Positions 40,961 to 44,655 of a stretch of DNA of 44,655 bases are shown one piece after another; the first letter of the stretch is position 1, and each line of letters starts with the position of its first letter. Below the pieces are notes generated by a model. That model had not been told where the DNA came from. It was given only the letters and a program-made list of their open reading frames with translations, and searched no databases. Source of the DNA: Kiritimatiellia bacterium. GTDB lineage: Bacteria; Verrucomicrobiota; Kiritimatiellia; JAAZAB01. The translations under genes were made by a program, and so were the position numbers. The stretch covers positions 1 to 44,655 of the forward strand of contig JBAYWJ010000001.1 of assembly GCA_041674125.1 (NCBI GenBank). The letters run 5' to 3'.

Positions 40961-42910
40961 ATGTCTGCAGGCAAAGGTGCTACATCTATCGTTCTGACGG
41001 GATTATTCTTCTCGCTTTACGCCGGGGCCGGGGAAATGAAACTGGTGGATTATGGGTCGGCCTCCGTGCCGGTCGTCATCTTCAAGGACGCACCCCCCCT
41101 GACGCGCCAGGCGGCAGAAGATCTGGCTGCCTACATTGAAAAAATCACCGGCGCGAAGCCCGAGGTCATCGAGGGCCTGCCGGATCCCGTGCCGGAACAT
41201 GCCATCTGGGCCGGGTACCAGCCGAAGCTCAAGGAAATATTCCCGAAAATTGATTTTGACTTCAAGCGCCCCGAGGAAATTCTGATCGCCTGCGACGGCA
41301 AAAACCTGGTCATCGCCGGGCGCGACCGCTGGGATCCTGACCGCCTCACCATCGCGCGGCCACACGGCAAGCCGGTCGGCATCCAGCAGGAATACGGCAC
41401 CTGCAACGCGGTTTACACTTTCCTGCAGGATTACCTCGACGTGCGCTGGCTCTGGCCGGGGGAGCTGGGGGAGGACATAATAAAAAAGGATACGATCGCC
41501 TTCGCTCCCTTCGAATACCGCTACCACCCGCAGTGGCGCTACCGCTCCGGCCTTTTCGCCATCATGTCGCGCGCCCACAAACGCGCCCAACGCAACGAAT
41601 GGGTGCGTCATCAGAGGATCGTTCTGGATTCTTTCGACGCGGAAGCCGGCGGCCACGGCTTCGGCGACTGGTGGGATAAGTACCACACAAACCACCCGGA
41701 CTACTTTGCGCTCCAGCCGGACGGCACCCGCAGCGGCTTTCCTGAGCCGAACAGGGCCAAGCTCTGCCATGCCAACCCGGCCGTGTGGGACCAGTGGATC
41801 GCGAACGTGGGGGAGCAGCTCAAGGAAAATCCTTTCCAGACCGTCTTTAACGCCTCGCCCAATGACAGCTACGCCAGCGGCCACTGCATCTGTACCAACT
41901 GCCGGGCCTGGGACAACCCGGATGGCCGCATGCTGTCTTTTCACTGGAAAGGCCTGACCCAGGAATATGTTTCGCTCACTGACCGGCACATCACCTTTGC
42001 CAACATAGTCGCACGCAAGTTGAAGGAAAAATACCCGGGCAAGGACTATTACGTCTCCATGCTGGCCTACGGCAACTGGCGCCCGCCGCCGGTCAAGGCC
42101 GTGCCGGACGACAACGTGCTCATCGTGAACGTGGCCAACCTCTTCTGGGGCACCAACTCTGTATCGAAGGAGGGTGGGGGGTACAGCGCCTTGGATTATG
42201 CCGCCTGGGGCAAGGTGGCGAAAAAACAGGTCTGGCGGCCGAACACGGGCGACCCGGCCGGCTGGCAGAAGGGCCTGCCGGACGTGCCCTTCGGACGGCG
42301 CATGGAGGTCTTCCGGTTCGTCGCCGAAAACAATTGCGCCGGCATCTACGTGGACCAGGTCTGGGGCCATTGGGCGACCCAGGGGCCGATTTATTACATG
42401 ATGGCCCAGCTGGCCTGGAACCCGTATGCGGATGGACGGGCGATCCTGGAAGATTACTACCGCCGTGCCTATGGCCCGGCCGCCGGAGAGCTCAAGGCAT
42501 ACTGGGAAATGATGGAGCGGGCCCGCGACCGCAAGGTGGATGAATTCCCGGGCGAAGAAAACGGGTACGCCGAGGTTTACGACAAGGTTTTTTTTGAAAA
42601 AGCCTGTAAACTCATGGACGATGCGGCTAAAAAGGTCGCGGGGGCGCCGGCAAAATACGCGGAGCGCATTGCCTTCACGCGCGCGGGGCTGGACTACACC
42701 AGGCTGGTGGCGGATTTGCGCGCGGCGATGGCAAAGGTCCGGCAAAATAAGGACCATCATCCCGAGGCGGACAAAGAGGCGCGGGCGCTGTGGGAGCAGA
42801 TCGACCAGATCAAAAAGAAATACCCCGATGCCATCAGGTGGACCATGATTACGCCGAATTCGGAATACATGCTGCGCGGCGGGGGTTTGCATCCGGATTT
42901 CATGAAATGA
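40961..42910 (+). CDS. Secreted DUF4838-like protein lacking the CBM9-like domain (paralog 6, divergent)
   Basis: Signal peptide MSAGKGATSIVLTGLFFSLYAGAG. VPVVIFKDAPPLTRQAAEDLAAYIEKITGAKP, YGTCNAVYTFLQDYLDVRWLWPGELGEDI, HPDYFALQPDG, LCHAN...HCICTNCRAWDN, and ILEDYYRRAYGPAAGELKAYWE align with paralogs 1-5. ATG 40961 follows GAGGCGGGGG. Confidence 0.8.
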   Translation: MSAGKGATSIVLTGLFFSLYAGAGEMKLVDYGSASVPVVIFKDAPPLTRQAAEDLAAYIEKITGAKPEVIEGLPDPVPEHAIWAGYQPKLKEIFPKIDFDFKRPEEILIACDGKNLVIAGRDRWDPDRLTIARPHGKPVGIQQEYGTCNAVYTFLQDYLDVRWLWPGELGEDIIKKDTIAFAPFEYRYHPQWRYRSGLFAIMSRAHKRAQRNEWVRHQRIVLDSFDAEAGGHGFGDWWDKYHTNHPDYFALQPDGTRSGFPEPNRAKLCHANPAVWDQWIANVGEQLKENPFQTVFNASPNDSYASGHCICTNCRAWDNPDGRMLSFHWKGLTQEYVSLTDRHITFANIVARKLKEKYPGKDYYVSMLAYGNWRPPPVKAVPDDNVLIVNVANLFWGTNSVSKEGGGYSALDYAAWGKVAKKQVWRPNTGDPAGWQKGLPDVPFGRRMEVFRFVAENNCAGIYVDQVWGHWATQGPIYYMMAQLAWNPYADGRAILEDYYRRAYGPAAGELKAYWEMMERARDRKVDEFPGEENGYAEVYDKVFFEKACKLMDDAAKKVAGAPAKYAERIAFTRAGLDYTRLVADLRAAMAKVRQNKDHHPEADKEARALWEQIDQIKKKYPDAIRWTMITPNSEYMLRGGGLHPDFMK

Positions 42911-42966
42911 CGACAAAATATTTTGTGCGCTTTTCAAAGGGCATTACCATAGCACCGGAATATAAC

Positions 42967-44469
42967 ATGGAAAACATGTCAAACATCATGGATCGCAGAA
43001 ATTTTCTCAAGGGGATCGGCCTGGCCTGCGCCGGCGCCCTCTGCGCGGACCGGCTGCTGTTCGCCGCCGGCGCCGGGCCTTATCCCGTCAATGGAAAGGA
43101 AACCAGGATGCCGAACATTGTTTTGATCATGACCGACGACCAGGGCTGGGGGGAAACAGGCTATTACAATCATCCCGCCCTTAAAACCCCCAACCTGGAC
43201 GCCATGGCCGCCAACGGCCTGCGCTTCGACCGCTTCTACGCCGGCGCCCCGGTCTGTTCGCCCACCCGCGCCAGCGTCCTGACCGGCCGGGCCAACGACC
43301 GGTGCGGTGTCCCGAACCACGGCCACGCCCTGCGGCTCCAGGAAAAAACCCTGCCGCAGGCACTCAAGCGGCGCGGCTATGCGACCGGGCACTTCGGCAA
43401 ATGGCACCTGGATGGGCTTACCGGCCCCGGAGCTCCCATCCTGAAAGACGACCCGCGCGGCCCCGGCGCATTCGGGTTCGACGAGTGGCTCTCCGCCACC
43501 AACTATTTCGACATGAATCCGATCTTAAGCCGCAATGGAAAGTGCGAGGCGTTCAAGGGCGACACTTCCTCGGTAATCGTCGGCGAGGCGCTGAAATTTA
43601 TAAGAGCGGCGGCGCAGGATAAAAAGCCTTTTTTCGCCGTTATTTGGGACGGCTCCCCGCATAAACCGTGGATCGCGAGCATGGAGGACCAGGACCTGTT
43701 CCCGGGCCTGGACGAGGAAAGCCGGAAGCATTACGGCGAGCTGGCGGCTTTTGACCGGAGCGTCGGCATCCTGCGCAAGGGGCTGCGCGACCTGAAAGTC
43801 GAAAACGACACTCTGGTATGGTACTGCAGCGACAACGGCGGGCTCGGCGGCGTCACGCCCGGCACGGTCGGCCATCTGCGCGGCCTCAAGGGTTCGGTTT
43901 GGGAAGGCGGGCTGCGCGTGCCTTGCGTCGTGGAATGGCCCGCCGCCATTAAGCCGCGCGTTTCTTCCTATCCCGCTTCCACCATGGATATTTTTTCCAC
44001 GATTGCCGGCGTTCTGGGGTTGCCGCAATCGGATCTCCTTGAACCGGTTGATGGCGAGAGCCTCGCGGACCTGTTCAAGCGGGACATTGCCCGCCGCGAA
44101 AAGCCCATCCCCTTCCGGTACCAGAAACAGGGCGCGCTGCTTGACAACGACTTCAAGCTGGTAACGGAGAATATCGGGGAAGGCAAGTGGGAGCTTTACA
44201 ACTTGAAAGCGGATGCAGGAGAAACCAAAAATATAGCCGGAGAACATCCTGAAATATTCAGCCGGATGAAGTCAGCTTTTGAGAAATGGAACGCTTCGGT
44301 TGACGGGAGCGTCGCCGGCAGGGACTACCCGGAGGGCAAGGTCCGCGCGGACGAGCCGAAGCCGCATTCATGGAGAGAAGATGAACGCTATAAGGCCCTG
44401 TTTGCGGAATGGGAGAAAAAGCCCGAATACAACCGGCTCATGCGTAATGTGCGCCGGAAAGAGCCTTAG
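42967..44469 (+). CDS. Tat-exported Cys-type sulfatase
   Basis: Twin-arginine leader MDRRNFLKGIGLACAGAL. PNIVLIMTDDQGWGE, the motif C-S-P-T-R-ASVLTGR, CSDNGG, and C-terminal ELYNLKADAGETKNIA. Alternative starts at 42976 and 42988. Confidence 0.9.
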   Translation: MENMSNIMDRRNFLKGIGLACAGALCADRLLFAAGAGPYPVNGKETRMPNIVLIMTDDQGWGETGYYNHPALKTPNLDAMAANGLRFDRFYAGAPVCSPTRASVLTGRANDRCGVPNHGHALRLQEKTLPQALKRRGYATGHFGKWHLDGLTGPGAPILKDDPRGPGAFGFDEWLSATNYFDMNPILSRNGKCEAFKGDTSSVIVGEALKFIRAAAQDKKPFFAVIWDGSPHKPWIASMEDQDLFPGLDEESRKHYGELAAFDRSVGILRKGLRDLKVENDTLVWYCSDNGGLGGVTPGTVGHLRGLKGSVWEGGLRVPCVVEWPAAIKPRVSSYPASTMDIFSTIAGVLGLPQSDLLEPVDGESLADLFKRDIARREKPIPFRYQKQGALLDNDFKLVTENIGEGKWELYNLKADAGETKNIAGEHPEIFSRMKSAFEKWNASVDGSVAGRDYPEGKVRADEPKPHSWREDERYKALFAEWEKKPEYNRLMRNVRRKEP

Positions 44470-44509
44470 AGCTTATCCGCAAATTAATTTGAACCATGAT
44501 TACTGTTCA

Positions 44510-44592
44510 GTTTCGCGCATGGCAAGGCGGCCGCGGAATGGGCATACCAGGAAGGTATGTCCTTCCACGGTCAACGCCGCCACGCGCGAAAC
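44510..44592. repeat. Structured REP-like element downstream of the last sulfatase
   Basis: Long-range pairing of gtttcgcgc (44510-44518) with gcgcgaaac (44584-44592) encloses two overlapping, mutually exclusive 6-bp hairpins: catacc/ggtatg and ggaagg/ccttcc. Confidence 0.35.
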
Positions 44593-44655
44593 CTGGCGTA
44601 ACCCGTTAGGGCATCGCGGCTTTTGTAAATCCGCGGCGTTCCTGGCGAGGGTCAA

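Overview
This is a high-GC bacterial chromosome segment. The gene content suggests a PVC-superphylum glycan degrader (Lentisphaerota, Kiritimatiellota or Verrucomicrobiota-like), but that is inference only.

The first ~11.7 kb is mostly housekeeping:
- a secreted esterase-like hydrolase;
- tRNA-Gly(UCC), plus an odd tRNA-Gly-derived relic carrying three hairpin insertions;
- an AT-rich islet carrying one type-II-secretion-like pseudopilin;
- rsmI-grpE-dnaJ-rsmE;
- a ~980-aa DUF2723/TPR membrane glycosyltransferase-like protein;
- a small polytopic membrane protein.

From ~11.7 kb to the window end lies a ~33 kb, almost unidirectional carbohydrate locus containing:
- a LacI-family regulator;
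- six secreted paralogs, plus one C-terminal relic, of a DUF4838-like family (five of 819-986 aa with a CBM9-like C-terminal domain, one shorter 649-aa member without it);
- three Cys-type sulfatases (two leaderless, one Tat-dependent);
- a GH28, a BNR/sialidase-like propeller, and a six-hairpin glycosidase-like protein translationally coupled to a Gfo/Idh/MocA oxidoreductase;
- a DUF1080 protein and a secreted beta-helix protein;
- an AraC-linked pair of URO-D-fold proteins.

No transporter, sulfatase maturase, integrase or CRISPR array is visible.

The most interesting signals are:
- the paralog expansion with a conserved four-Cys motif;
- a 24/25-nt identical LacI-type operator/promoter module present at both ends of the locus;
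- 21-bp-phased direct repeats at the AraC/URO-D divergent promoter;
- gene relics that record recent rearrangement;
- several MITE/REP-like structured intergenic elements.

All family assignments come from motif recognition by eye. No database search was run.
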